Assembly (NCBI RefSeq): GCF_900182565.1
Contig: NZ_FXTI01000001.1
Span: 478,316-542,315, forward strand
Source of the DNA: Melghirimyces algeriensis
Lineage (GTDB): Bacteria > Bacillota > Bacilli > Thermoactinomycetales > DSM-45169
Direction: 5' to 3'
DNA length: 64,000 nucleotides
Positions within the stretch are counted from its first letter, which is position 1. Each line of letters begins with the position of its first letter. The translations under genes and the position numbers were made by a program. The notes beneath the pieces were generated by a model. It did no database searches. It was not told the DNA's origin and saw only the letters and a list, made by a program, of their open reading frames with translations. This document shows positions 48,335 to 58,430 of this stretch, in pieces.

Positions 48335-48759
48335 TGACCACTGCCATGGAAAATATCAAAGAAATGGTGGATGTGAACACGATTATTGGTGATCCAGTGG
48401 AGACACCGGACGGAAGTGTGATCATTCCCGTTTCCAGAGTAGGTTTTGGTTTTGCGGCGGGAGGCAGTGAATTTCATGGGGTCAAAGCGGATGGGATGGA
48501 TGAAAGCCCAAAACGGAGAAATGACGAACCACCGGAGTTACCGTTTGGAGGAGGTAGTGGGGGTGGTGTTTCCATTACTCCTATAGGCTTTTTGGTTGTA
48601 AATGAGAAAGGGATTCGCATGTTAAATATGGATGGCAATACTCATATGTTTGATCGTCTGTTGGATCTGGCTCCCAATTTAATGGAGCGACTTCAGCAAC
48701 TTACAAAAAAGGGACAGGAAAAAGATCCTTGCAAGCAAAAAAACGATACGGAAATCTGA
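48307..48759 (+). CDS. YtfJ/GerW family sporulation protein
   Basis: MAEHPIQGLMTTAMENIKEMVDVNTIIGDPVETPDGSVIIPVSRVGFGFAAGGSEF is characteristic of the YtfJ family. Confidence 0.6.
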   Translation: MAEHPIQGLMTTAMENIKEMVDVNTIIGDPVETPDGSVIIPVSRVGFGFAAGGSEFHGVKADGMDESPKRRNDEPPELPFGGGSGGGVSITPIGFLVVNEKGIRMLNMDGNTHMFDRLLDLAPNLMERLQQLTKKGQEKDPCKQKNDTEI

Positions 48760-48767
48760 TGAAAATA

Positions 48768-48822
48768 TAGAAACAACACTGTTCTTGGAAAAACAACGGA
48801 ACAGTGTTGTTTGTGTTTTTCA
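48768..48822 (+). terminator. Intrinsic terminator with a 13-bp stem (AACAACACTGTTC...GAACAGTGTTGTT) + T-run
   Basis: Long perfect stem followed by TGTGTTTTT. Confidence 0.65.
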
Positions 48823-48848
48823 TAACCTTGTCTTTCCAGCATATAAAT
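48820..48848 (+). promoter_or_regulatory. SigE-like sporulation promoter candidate (TCATAA-14-CATATAAAT)
   Basis: Resembles the SigE consensus (-35 ATATT-like, 14-nt spacer, -10 CATACA-T). B. subtilis dacB is SigE-dependent. Confidence 0.3.
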
Positions 48849-48878
48849 TGTACAAACAAGCCCTAAGGTGGAAAAGTT

Positions 48879-50027
48879 ATGTGGTGGATACGTTCTTTGC
48901 TTATCATCAGTGTCGTTGGATGTTGGTCGATTTTCCCTTCAAAGGTTTATGGGCATCACGGATTGCCACAGCCGGAATTAAGTGCCAAAGCAGCAGCCGT
49001 CATTGATGTAAAGTCGGGTAGAATGCTGTTTGAAAAACAGGCTGGAAAAAGGATGCCGATTGCCAGTATTACCAAAATTATGACAGCCATTATCGCGATT
49101 GAACATGGGAACTTGGACCAAAAGGTAAAAGTAAGCTCCAGGGCAGAAGGAGTTGAAGGGTCATCCATCTATCTGAAGCAAGGGGAAAGCATCCCGCTGA
49201 AATACCTGTTGTATGGGTTGATGCTCCGTTCCGGAAATGATGCTGCGGTTGCCATTGCAGAGCACATTGGCGGTTCTGTAGAAGGGTTTGTTTACAAAAT
49301 GAATGAAAAAGCACGCTATTTGGGAATGGAGAATACTCATTTTGAAAACCCGCATGGTTTGGATGGCTCAAAGCATTATTCCACTGCAGAAGATATGGCA
49401 CAATTGGCGGCGTATGCTTTGAAAAATCCCGTTTTTCAAAAGATTGTCCAATCTAGTGTGATTACTGTTCCTTGGCCGAAAGAGAAATGGAAGAGAAAGT
49501 GGTACAACAAAAATAAAATGCTTCGTCTTTATCCGGGGGCAGACGGTGTAAAAACCGGCTATACGAAACGATCCAAACGAACGCTGGTTTCTTCAGCGAC
49601 ACGTGATGGAAGACAGATTGCCACTGTTACCCTGAATGCGCCTGATGATTGGAATGATTCCATGCATCTGTTGGAGTATGGTTTCAATCATTTTCAAGAG
49701 GAAAAATTGGTAAGCAAAGGAGAGGTGATGAAACCCGTTTCAAACAGCAACAATCTACAGATGCGAGTGGTGGCTTCCCGGCATTTTACTTATCCCATTA
49801 CCAAAGAAGAACGGGATCGTGTGAACGTGAAACCGATCATTACCCATCCTTTGTCCAATGTCCGGGAAGAAGGGGTGCAGGTAGGCTTTGCCCGCATCTT
49901 GATCGACGGACAAGTGGTTGGCTCAGTTCCTCTGGAAACACAGGTCGTTGTTCAAAATTCCCAAGAGGATACGATGTTTTACGAGTGGGTCAATCTATTA
50001 GCTTCAGTTTTTGAAAGAGGAGAATAA
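48879..50027 (+). CDS. dacB: Sporulation-specific D-alanyl-D-alanine carboxypeptidase (PBP5*)
   Basis: Signal peptide, SITK and SGN motifs, followed by spmA-spmB as in B. subtilis. Confidence 0.8.
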   Translation: MWWIRSLLIISVVGCWSIFPSKVYGHHGLPQPELSAKAAAVIDVKSGRMLFEKQAGKRMPIASITKIMTAIIAIEHGNLDQKVKVSSRAEGVEGSSIYLKQGESIPLKYLLYGLMLRSGNDAAVAIAEHIGGSVEGFVYKMNEKARYLGMENTHFENPHGLDGSKHYSTAEDMAQLAAYALKNPVFQKIVQSSVITVPWPKEKWKRKWYNKNKMLRLYPGADGVKTGYTKRSKRTLVSSATRDGRQIATVTLNAPDDWNDSMHLLEYGFNHFQEEKLVSKGEVMKPVSNSNNLQMRVVASRHFTYPITKEERDRVNVKPIITHPLSNVREEGVQVGFARILIDGQVVGSVPLETQVVVQNSQEDTMFYEWVNLLASVFERGE

Positions 50028-50030
50028 AAC

Positions 50031-50624
50031 GTGGTTAACTATATTTGGCTATTTATGATCCTTAGCGGAGTGATTGCTGGAATCGTTCAGGGGGAGATGA
50101 ATGTGGTAACCCAGGCCGCTTTAAAAGGGGCAAAGGAAGGAGTGGCTGTTTGCATTGGTTTGATCAGTGTTTTGGTATTCTGGTTGGGAATGATGCGAAT
50201 CGCCCAAGATGCAGGATTATTAAAAAAATTGGCTTCTGTTTTACATCCAGTGGCCCGTTTTCTCTTTCCGAATATTCCAAGGGATCACCCAGCTATGGGC
50301 TATATTCTGTCCAACATGAGTGCCAACCTGTTTGGTTTGGGAAATGCAGCTACCCCGATGGGATTGAAAGCGATGGAGGAGCTTCAGAAGTTAAATCCGG
50401 ATAAAAAGACAGCAACACCCGCAATGTGTACATTGTTGGCTTTGAATACATCCAGTTTAACACTGATCCCCACGACGATCATTGGAATTCGGATGGAATA
50501 TGGGTCAGTCAATCCCACAGAAATTATTGGAACCACCATATTTGCCACCTGTTGTTCCACCGTCATGGCCATCCTTTTGGATCGTTGGTTTCGTAGACGG
50601 GAAGCCTCCAAAAAGAGAATTTAG
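50031..50624 (+). CDS. spmA: Spore maturation protein A
   Basis: Nucleoside-transporter-like membrane protein. GTG start 4 nt after the dacB stop. Confidence 0.75.
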   Translation: MVNYIWLFMILSGVIAGIVQGEMNVVTQAALKGAKEGVAVCIGLISVLVFWLGMMRIAQDAGLLKKLASVLHPVARFLFPNIPRDHPAMGYILSNMSANLFGLGNAATPMGLKAMEELQKLNPDKKTATPAMCTLLALNTSSLTLIPTTIIGIRMEYGSVNPTEIIGTTIFATCCSTVMAILLDRWFRRREASKKRI

Positions 50625-50653
50625 GGTCCAGAGGTGCGGTAAGGAGGGATCGG

Positions 50654-51190
50654 ATGTACGATGCAGTATTGTTTCTATCCAAGGTGATGATTCCGGCTGT
50701 CTTGGCATTTATTCCGCTTTATGCCGCATTTCGTAACGTTCCTGTCTATGAAAGTTTTATTGAGGGAGCAAAAGAAGGGTTTCCCACTGCCATACAGATT
50801 ATTCCTCACTTGGTCGGTATGATGGTGGCCGTCTCCATCTTTCGTGAAACCGGGGCGCTTGATTTTTATCTGGGGCTCTGTAGACCGCTTTTCAGTTGGA
50901 TTCATTTTCCGGAAGAGATTCTTCCGCTTGCTCTTTTGCGGCCGATCACTGGAACCGGCGCCTTGGCATTTGCCGAGAGTATTTTCCATACGGAAGGTCC
51001 GGATTCTTTCCTCGGACGAATGGCTTCTACGATGCAGGGAAGCACCGATACCACGTTGTATGTATTGACGGTCTATTTTGGAGCGGTGGGGGTTCGCCGT
51101 TCTCTGTATGCGGCTAAAGTGGGCCTGCTGGCTGATTTGACAGGAGTTTTGGCTTCATGGTTTATTGTTTGCTGGGTATTTGGTATTTAA
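50654..51190 (+). CDS. spmB: Spore maturation protein B
   Basis: Paralogous membrane protein downstream of spmA. Confidence 0.75.
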   Translation: MYDAVLFLSKVMIPAVLAFIPLYAAFRNVPVYESFIEGAKEGFPTAIQIIPHLVGMMVAVSIFRETGALDFYLGLCRPLFSWIHFPEEILPLALLRPITGTGALAFAESIFHTEGPDSFLGRMASTMQGSTDTTLYVLTVYFGAVGVRRSLYAAKVGLLADLTGVLASWFIVCWVFGI

Positions 51191-51295
51191 GGGAAGAAGC
51201 TGTACTTGATATGGGAGCGGCTTTGTTGTCATTACGAAGCCGTTTTTGTTGTGTAGGGAGAGTCCGCTTTGATTGTGAAAAGCATGTGGCTTTTC

Positions 51296-51324
51296 TTGTA
51301 TCCCTGTTCCAAGATGGTTAAGAT
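51296..51324 (+). promoter_or_regulatory. Candidate SigA promoter TTGTAT-17-TAAGAT
   Basis: About 20 nt upstream of the rluB RBS. Confidence 0.3.
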
Positions 51325-51342
51325 GATGAATGAGGTGAAATC

Positions 51343-52053
51343 ATGGAACGGTTACAAAAAGTGATGGCTCAGGCAGGCATCGCATCCCGACGAAAAAGTG
51401 AGGAATGGATTAGGGAAGGGAGGGTTCGGGTAAACGGGGAGAAGGTGACAGAATTGGGCCGTCGAGTAGATCCTGATTTTGATGTGATTGAAGTAAATGG
51501 TTCTCAAATCCACGCCGAAAATAAACGATATTTTCTCTTTTACAAGCCGAAAGGCGTCATTACCAGTATGTCTGATCCGAAAGGAAGACCTGTGGTGGCC
51601 GACTTTTTTCGGGAAGTGAAAGAACGGGTATATCCGGTAGGGCGTCTTGACTATGATACGGAAGGACTTCTCCTTTTAACCAATGATGGTGAAATGGCTC
51701 ATGGCTTGACGCATCCCCGTCATGAAGTGAACAAAGTGTATCAGGCGCGCGTAAAAGGGATTCCAAAGCAGAGGGATCTTCAGCGACTGATGTCAGGAGT
51801 AAAGCTGTCTGACGGCTGGACGGCACCTGCCAAAGCCAGAATGATCAAAGCATTCAAGGGAGAGTCCCTCATTGAACTCAGTCTACATGAAGGACGCAAT
51901 CGTCAGGTGCGGCGTATGTGTGATGCTGTGGGCCATCCTGTGATTCATTTAAAACGGATTCGCCTGGCTTTTCTGACGTTAGATGGATTGTCATCAGGAG
52001 GTTATCGGGAATTGAAAGCAAGGGAAGTAGCTCGATTAAAGCAATTCATCTAG
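51343..52053 (+). CDS. rluB: 23S rRNA pseudouridine synthase (RsuA/RluB family) with an S4 domain
   Basis: N-terminal S4 domain (QKVMAQAGIASRRKSEEWIREGRVRVNG) and catalytic motif VGRLDYDTEGLLLLTNDG. Confidence 0.8.
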   Translation: MERLQKVMAQAGIASRRKSEEWIREGRVRVNGEKVTELGRRVDPDFDVIEVNGSQIHAENKRYFLFYKPKGVITSMSDPKGRPVVADFFREVKERVYPVGRLDYDTEGLLLLTNDGEMAHGLTHPRHEVNKVYQARVKGIPKQRDLQRLMSGVKLSDGWTAPAKARMIKAFKGESLIELSLHEGRNRQVRRMCDAVGHPVIHLKRIRLAFLTLDGLSSGGYRELKAREVARLKQFI

Positions 52054-52193
52054 TTTTTTGCCGGAAAGCTTTCAAACAATCTTCAAACTGATTTTTTAAT
52101 GGAGGTTGGAAGCCACGTTATAATAGTATCGAAGAGTTACGCTCTTTTTCATTGGTATGTAAATGAGTACGGTGACCGAACGGGAGTGAAACG

Positions 52194-53807
52194 ATGGAAA
52201 ATACCAAGTGCGAATGCGGGCACAATAACCCTGTTGGTACGGTTTTGTGCGAGCATTGTGGAAAGCCTTTGGATGAAAGGGGCGATCGGCCGGATCAACC
52301 ATTGGATATGCGCTATGAAGGTAAGGCCCGGCGATCTCAGACAAAAAAGGCTTCGTTAGTTGACCGGGTATGGAACTTTTTCTCCTCGGTAAAAGTGGCT
52401 ATTTGGTTGATCTTGATTACATTGGTGCTCTCTGCATTGGGGACCGTTTTTCCTCAAAAACAATTTATTCCTTCCAACCGTCCAGAAGTGTATTATGCCC
52501 AAGAATATGGATTTTGGGGAGATCTATATTACAAGCTTGGCTTATACGATGTATACGAGTCACCTGTATATATCGCTTTGCTGGCAAGTATTGGGATCTC
52601 CTTGGTCATATGCAGTCTGGATCGGGTACTTCCTCTTTACAAGGCGCTAAAAAACCAGCAAGTAAAGAAAAGTCCGGTGTTTATTGCCCGCCAGCGAGTC
52701 ACTCGTACGGAAACAGTATCCAGTGAAGAGAAAGAAGCGCTCTTGGATCGGCTCGCAGAACAATTAAGCCGAAAATATTACAACATCCGTCGGGATGGCG
52801 ATTCCATTCTGGCGGAAAAAGGGCGCTTCAGCCGTTGGGGTCCGTATATTAATCATATCGGTCTGATTCTGTTTCTTTTCGGTGTATTATTGCGCCATTC
52901 GATCCCTGGTTGGTATCTGGATGAGACGGTTTTTGTCCGGGAAGGGGAAACAAAAAAACTGCCTGGATTAAATTATTATATTGAGAACAAGAAAGCGTCG
53001 GCAGAACTTTACGACTCCGAGGAAATACCGATGGGCTCAAAAAATGGGCAGAATGTCGTGAAAAAGTATGAGACACAGGCAGTTCTTTATGAGAAAAACA
53101 AGGATACGGGAGAATTGAAAGAAGTAAAAAAAGGGTCCATTATTGTCAATCATCCCATGAAATACGATGATGTAGAGCTGTTTCAGTCTGATTTCAGCAC
53201 GGAGACGAGGGCGATTGTCCTGAATGTCAGGGATCAGAAAAAAGACCGGATTGTGGATACCTTTAAGGTAAATCTGTTTGACCCCAAAGAAGAGTACCGT
53301 TTAAAAGAGGGGCTGAAGGTGACGGTTCTGGATTATTTTCCTGACTTTGCATTGGAGAATAAACGTCTGGAAAACGGAAAAAAAGTGAGTATACCGATCA
53401 CCAAGTCGGAATATCCCAATCGTCCCGCATTTATTTTTAAAGTGAATGCTCCGGGTCTAAAGAAACCGGAAAAATCTTGGATGATTTCAGGTACAAATTT
53501 GGATGACGTAAACAAAGAAAACCGATTTGCGATGGAGCTAAAGACGTTGAAAACCGTCAATGTTTCCGGATTGATGGTTCGGGTTGATAAAAGCCTTCCA
53601 ATCATCTTTCTGGGTGGAATCATTTCAATGATTGGTCTGGTCATGGGCTTCTTTTGGCATCATCGAAGGGTCTGGGTTCGTTGGGAAGAAGGAACGTTAT
53701 ACATTGGAGCTCATACCAATAAAAACTGGTTCGGATTGAGAAGGGAATTGGAGGATGCTTCCAAGAAGGCAGAGTATCCGCTGTCTTTCAGTCCTGAACA
53801 ACGTTAG
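52194..53807 (+). CDS. resB: Cytochrome c biogenesis protein ResB (Ccs1) with an N-terminal Cys4 zinc-ribbon-like extension
   Basis: ResB/Ccs1 membrane topology plus a large extracytoplasmic domain. The N-terminus is CECGHNNPVGTVLCEHCGKPL. Confidence 0.8.
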   Translation: MENTKCECGHNNPVGTVLCEHCGKPLDERGDRPDQPLDMRYEGKARRSQTKKASLVDRVWNFFSSVKVAIWLILITLVLSALGTVFPQKQFIPSNRPEVYYAQEYGFWGDLYYKLGLYDVYESPVYIALLASIGISLVICSLDRVLPLYKALKNQQVKKSPVFIARQRVTRTETVSSEEKEALLDRLAEQLSRKYYNIRRDGDSILAEKGRFSRWGPYINHIGLILFLFGVLLRHSIPGWYLDETVFVREGETKKLPGLNYYIENKKASAELYDSEEIPMGSKNGQNVVKKYETQAVLYEKNKDTGELKEVKKGSIIVNHPMKYDDVELFQSDFSTETRAIVLNVRDQKKDRIVDTFKVNLFDPKEEYRLKEGLKVTVLDYFPDFALENKRLENGKKVSIPITKSEYPNRPAFIFKVNAPGLKKPEKSWMISGTNLDDVNKENRFAMELKTLKTVNVSGLMVRVDKSLPIIFLGGIISMIGLVMGFFWHHRRVWVRWEEGTLYIGAHTNKNWFGLRRELEDASKKAEYPLSFSPEQR

Positions 53808-53819
53808 GAGGATGGGATT

Positions 53820-55022
53820 ATGGTTCAGCTTATGGAGTACTCTCTTTTCACCACGTTCTTCTGCTACCTTCTGTCCACCATCGCCTTTGTGACAGCGGTG
53901 ACAGGAAAAGGGTCCCGTGTGGGAAAAGAGGTTCATACCCGGATCTGGGGACGGCGGGGGATTGTCTTGGCCATGATCGGGGTAGCATTGCATGTTGTAT
54001 TTATTGTGGTTCGTGTAATGATCGGTGGCCATTTTACAAGCAATATGTTTGAGTTTATCGCCTTTTTGTGCTTTACCATTGTGGCGTCGTTTATCGTGAT
54101 TTTCTTCCTGTACCGAACGGTAACGCTTGGAGCATTTGTAATGCCGTTGTCAGTCATTATGCTGGGATATGCTTCCGTCTTTCCACGAGAGGTAGAGCCT
54201 TTGATTCCCGCTCTGCAAAGTTATTGGCTTCATATTCACGTAACGACCGTGGCTTTGGGAGAAGGAGCTCTGGCTGTCGGTTTTGTGGCGGGTTTGGTTT
54301 ATCTGATCCGATGGGTTGGGGATAACCGTATGTCGCGGACAGCTACTTGGCTGGAAGTGATTATGGCTGTCATTCTGATGGTCGTTGGATTTGTATTAAC
54401 GTCCTTTATTTTTGGGGCAATGGACTATCAAGCCTCTTTCCGGCACAGTGTTGAAGGGAAAGCGGTCGTTCAGGAATATCATATGCCTGCGATTGCAGGA
54501 CCTTATGAAGGAAAAACGGTGCAAGCTGATTCATTCCTGGGAATGAAGGAACCGCTATTTGCAATCCCTTCCTGGATGGAGGGAAAAGAGGCGGCGAGGA
54601 AACTGAATTCTGTAATCTGGTCGGTCTTGTCGGGCTTATTACTGTATACCGTGTTGCGCCTCACCATCCGCAAGCGGATCTATGAGATGCTTTATCCTTT
54701 GGTGAAACATCTCAACCTGGAAACAGTGGATGAAATCAGTTATCGGGCGATCGCCATCGGATATCCGATTTTTACCCTGGGTGGACTGGTTTTCGCCATG
54801 ATCTGGGCCCATGAAGCTTGGGGGCGGTTTTGGGGGAATGATCCCAAAGAAATCTGGGCGCTTGTAACCTGGCTGTTTTACAGTGCCTATCTTCATTTTC
54901 GTCTATCCAAAGGATGGCATGGTTTGAAGTCTTCCTGGATGGCTGTGGGAGGATTTGTGGTCATCCTGATCAATACCATCTTTGTCAATTTGGTCATTGC
55001 CGGGCTCCACTCCTATGCGTAA
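53820..55022 (+). CDS. resC: Cytochrome c-type biogenesis protein ResC (CcsA)
   Basis: CcsA-like polytopic membrane protein carrying a W-rich heme-handling motif (WGRFWGNDPKEIWALVTW). Confidence 0.8.
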   Translation: MVQLMEYSLFTTFFCYLLSTIAFVTAVTGKGSRVGKEVHTRIWGRRGIVLAMIGVALHVVFIVVRVMIGGHFTSNMFEFIAFLCFTIVASFIVIFFLYRTVTLGAFVMPLSVIMLGYASVFPREVEPLIPALQSYWLHIHVTTVALGEGALAVGFVAGLVYLIRWVGDNRMSRTATWLEVIMAVILMVVGFVLTSFIFGAMDYQASFRHSVEGKAVVQEYHMPAIAGPYEGKTVQADSFLGMKEPLFAIPSWMEGKEAARKLNSVIWSVLSGLLLYTVLRLTIRKRIYEMLYPLVKHLNLETVDEISYRAIAIGYPIFTLGGLVFAMIWAHEAWGRFWGNDPKEIWALVTWLFYSAYLHFRLSKGWHGLKSSWMAVGGFVVILINTIFVNLVIAGLHSYA

Positions 55023-55040
55023 TTATGAAGTAAGCAGAAT

Positions 55041-55050
55041 ATGGTATAAT
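55041..55050 (+). promoter_or_regulatory. Extended -10 element TGgTATAAT upstream of resD
   Basis: ATGGTATAAT lies 45 nt upstream of the resD GTG. A weak -35 element (TTATGA) is present. Confidence 0.35.
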
Positions 55051-55094
55051 AATACAAGTTGTTCTAACGTTTGTTTACCAGAGAGGTGAATCGG

Positions 55095-55811
55095 GTGGGA
55101 CTACAGGAACGAATTCTGGTTGTGGATGACGAAGATCGAATTCGCCGTCTGTTACGTATGTATTTGGAACGGGAAGGCTACCAGATCGATGAAGCAGAGG
55201 ACGGCGAAACTGCGTTGACAAAAGCGCTTGAAACCGATTATGATCTAATCCTTTTGGATTTAATGCTCCCTGGTATGGACGGACTGGAAGTTTGCCAGGA
55301 GATTCGAAACAAAAAAGCCACGCCGGTAATTATGTTGACAGCGCGAGGAGAAGAAACCAATCGGGTGGAAGGGTTTGAGGTTGGAACGGATGATTATGTG
55401 GTGAAACCTTTCAGTCCAAGGGAATTGGTTCATCGCGTCAAGGCCGTAATCCGGCGCTCCTCCGCCACAGCTTTTTTATCAACGGAAGTGGATACACATA
55501 ACGTCATTGTTTTCCCCAATCTTACAATCGACCATGATGCCCATGAAGTCCGGGCAGATGGCGTGGAAGTGACACTGACGCCAAAGGAATATGAACTCCT
55601 TCATTACCTGGCCTCTTCTCCGGACAAAGTGTTCACAAGGGAAGAGCTCCTCAAGGATGTATGGCACTATGAATTCTTTGGTGATCTTCGGACGGTGGAT
55701 ACCCATATTAAACGGCTTCGGGAAAAGCTGAACCGTGCTTCCCCGGAGGCTGCCTCCATGATTCATACCGTTTGGGGAGTCGGCTATAAACTTGAGGTGC
55801 CAAAGGATTGA
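55095..55811 (+). CDS. resD: Response regulator ResD (OmpR family)
   Basis: About 70 percent identity to B. subtilis ResD over the entire length. GTG start after GAGGTGA. Confidence 0.85.
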   Translation: MGLQERILVVDDEDRIRRLLRMYLEREGYQIDEAEDGETALTKALETDYDLILLDLMLPGMDGLEVCQEIRNKKATPVIMLTARGEETNRVEGFEVGTDDYVVKPFSPRELVHRVKAVIRRSSATAFLSTEVDTHNVIVFPNLTIDHDAHEVRADGVEVTLTPKEYELLHYLASSPDKVFTREELLKDVWHYEFFGDLRTVDTHIKRLREKLNRASPEAASMIHTVWGVGYKLEVPKD

Positions 55812-57601
55812 TCTGGCGAAGTATTGTTGGCAAGCTGTGGTTAACAATTATTGGTTTGGTTGCTGTGGTGCTTGTCGTTCTCAGTATTTTTTTATCTGAA
55901 CAGATTATCTCCACCTACTATAATGCAGAATTGAAAAACATGGAGCAATTGGCTAATTTGGTCCGGGATACCCTGAAGCAACCGGAGAACGGAGACCGGG
56001 CGGATTATCTCCGCTCGGTTTTAAAAGTGGCGGAATTGAATGAAACCTATACGATTGTGCTCGGTCCGGATGGATCTGTAGAACCTTTGGGAACCTCCCC
56101 CAACGTTCCGGATATTCCTTGGCAGGATATTCTTGAGCAGACAGAGGTGGATCAGGTATTGCAAGGAAAGCCACAATCCCTGCGAACAAGAGTGATTGTG
56201 GGAGAAGAAGGGGAGACGCCGTACCCCTTGTTTAAAGATGAAGTGATGATGGTGGCTCTTCCGTTGAAGAAGAATGGGGAAGTAACCGGGGCTGTCGTCA
56301 TGTACCGAACGCAGGGACAGCTTTCTGAAGATCAGGTGAAAAAGCTGATCTTCATTTCTGCGGTGATCGGTATTGTGCTGGCTACGATTTTTGCCTTTTT
56401 CCTGTCAACCCGGATTACGCAACCGTTGATTCAGATGAAAAGAGCGGCAGAACGCATGGCTGAAGGGGAGTTTTCAGCGCGTGTTCGCGTTCGTTCACAT
56501 GAACGGGATGAAATGAGTGATCTCGCAGTGGCCTTTAACCGAATGGCTGCCCAGTTGGAAGAGTCGGTTTATGCGTTATCACAAGAGAAGGAAACGCTGG
56601 CCAGCATTCTTCGCAGTATGGCTGACGGTGTGATTACAATGAATGCGCAAGGGCAAATTATCGTCACCAATCCGCTTGCAGATCAACTCTTGAAAGAGTG
56701 GCATGAAGAAGGGGGAGAGTCGGAACTCCCTCCCCAGTTGAATCAGTATTTTTGCCAAGTGTTGGAGGAAGAGAAAGAGGTATTTGATGATATTACTGTA
56801 CATGGCCGAATATGGGCTTTAGTGATCACTCCTTTATATGCAAAAAATCAAGTCCGGGGAGCGGTGGCTGTTTTACGGGATGTGACGGAGGAACGGCGAA
56901 TGGATAAGCTGCGCAAGGATTTTGTAGCCAATGTTTCCCATGAACTTCGAACACCGCTGTCCATGTTGCAGGGTTACAGTGAAGCATTGGTGGATGGGGT
57001 TGCCTCATCGCCGGAGGATCAGAAGGAAATTGCCCAAGTGATTCATGATGAGTCGTTACGCATGGGACGTTTGGTTCGGGAACTGTTGGATCTGGCGAGA
57101 ATGGAATCGGGTCATATTCGATTGGAACCTTCCAAGGTGGATATTCCGGACCTGGTGCTCCGGGTGGGAAGAAAATTTAATACGATTGCCAAAGAACAAG
57201 GAATCCGTTTGAATGTAGAGGTTCCCAATCAACTTCCTGTGGCTTGGTGGGATGAGGACAAAGTGGAGCAGGTGTTGACCAATTTGACCGACAATGCGAT
57301 CCGTCATACACAGGAAGGCGGGGAGGTTAAGCTCACGGTTGTCGATGAAGAAAATGAGATTCAGTTAACAGTGGAAGATACGGGAAGTGGAATTCCTGAA
57401 GAAGACTTGCCCTTTATCTTTGAACGCTTTTACAAAGCGGATAAAGCCCGAACCAGGGGGCAAAGCGGAACCGGGTTGGGCTTGGCAATTGTGAAACATA
57501 TTGTGGAAGCACATGGTGGATCTGTTAATGTGAGAAGCAAAGAGGGAGAAGGCACGCGTTTTCAGGTACAAATGCCTTTAGACAACAGAGAAAAAACGTA
57601 A
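55808..57601 (+). CDS. resE: Sensor histidine kinase ResE
   Basis: Two TM segments, HAMP and PAS domains, and a HisKA/HATPase region (SHELRTPL). The start overlaps the resD stop. Confidence 0.85.
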   Translation: MIWRSIVGKLWLTIIGLVAVVLVVLSIFLSEQIISTYYNAELKNMEQLANLVRDTLKQPENGDRADYLRSVLKVAELNETYTIVLGPDGSVEPLGTSPNVPDIPWQDILEQTEVDQVLQGKPQSLRTRVIVGEEGETPYPLFKDEVMMVALPLKKNGEVTGAVVMYRTQGQLSEDQVKKLIFISAVIGIVLATIFAFFLSTRITQPLIQMKRAAERMAEGEFSARVRVRSHERDEMSDLAVAFNRMAAQLEESVYALSQEKETLASILRSMADGVITMNAQGQIIVTNPLADQLLKEWHEEGGESELPPQLNQYFCQVLEEEKEVFDDITVHGRIWALVITPLYAKNQVRGAVAVLRDVTEERRMDKLRKDFVANVSHELRTPLSMLQGYSEALVDGVASSPEDQKEIAQVIHDESLRMGRLVRELLDLARMESGHIRLEPSKVDIPDLVLRVGRKFNTIAKEQGIRLNVEVPNQLPVAWWDEDKVEQVLTNLTDNAIRHTQEGGEVKLTVVDEENEIQLTVEDTGSGIPEEDLPFIFERFYKADKARTRGQSGTGLGLAIVKHIVEAHGGSVNVRSKEGEGTRFQVQMPLDNREKT

Positions 57602-57603
57602 CA

Positions 57604-57640
57604 AGAGAAACCCAAGTGAAGAGTCACTTGGGTTTCTCTT
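57604..57640. terminator. Bidirectional intrinsic terminator GAGAAACCCAAGTG-AAGAGT-CACTTGGGTTTCTC
   Basis: 14-bp perfect stem flanked by an A/T run on each side. It lies between convergent resE (+) and the SDR gene (-). Confidence 0.7.
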
Positions 57641-58342
57641 TTATTTTTGCAACTCAGGCGGAACTTGTGGACGCATGATAATCTGATTGTAGATTACGCC
57701 TTCCGGTGCGGTTACCATATGCCATACGGCTTCAGTCACCTGTTCTGCCGTAAGGGCGTATGATGGAGCGGTCTCAAAAAATTCCGTTTGGATGGAGCCA
57801 GGACATATCGTGTTTACTTTGACTTCATCCTTTTTCAACTCCTGACTCAGAACATCAGACAAAGCCATTAACCCAAATTTGGAAGCACAATAGCCACTTC
57901 CCTTGGGAAAAGTGACGGTGCCGGCTACACTGGAGATATTGACGATATGTCCTTTTGTTTGTTGCAAATGTGGAATGGCAAATTTGGAGGTGAGAAACGC
58001 TCCTTTCAAATTGACATCCATCATTTGATCCCAATCTTCCTCCGACAAATCCTGAACTGTTCCAAAACGTCCAATTCCCGCATTGTTGACCAAAATATCC
58101 AGTTGACCAAACTGATTGACTGTTTTCTCAATCAACGTTTTCACTTGATCCGAACAGGTGACATCACAGGGAACCGGAAGGATTTGATCCGGGTATTCTT
58201 TTGCCTGTTTCTCCAACTGTGCCTTGCTGCGAGCAGCAATGGCGACATGGGCACCTCCTTCGACAAAGCGCCGGGCCAGGGCTGCTCCCAAGCCTTTACT
58301 GGCACCGGTGATAATCGCCGTTTTTCCTTTCAAATCGGCCAT
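57641..58342 (-). CDS. Short-chain dehydrogenase/reductase (SDR) family oxidoreductase
   Basis: TGASKGLG NAD(P)-binding motif and a YxxxK catalytic motif (YCASK). Start is moved to the ATG at 58342 after AGGGGG. Confidence 0.75.
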   Translation of the reverse strand: MADLKGKTAIITGASKGLGAALARRFVEGGAHVAIAARSKAQLEKQAKEYPDQILPVPCDVTCSDQVKTLIEKTVNQFGQLDILVNNAGIGRFGTVQDLSEEDWDQMMDVNLKGAFLTSKFAIPHLQQTKGHIVNISSVAGTVTFPKGSGYCASKFGLMALSDVLSQELKKDEVKVNTICPGSIQTEFFETAPSYALTAEQVTEAVWHMVTAPEGVIYNQIIMRPQVPPELQK

Positions 58343-58430
58343 AAAACGACCCCCTGCGTTCGTTGTATCGTCCCAATGGTTCATTTACCCGGTATATTGG
58401 TAAGATAAAACGTTTTTTCGGTGAACAACA

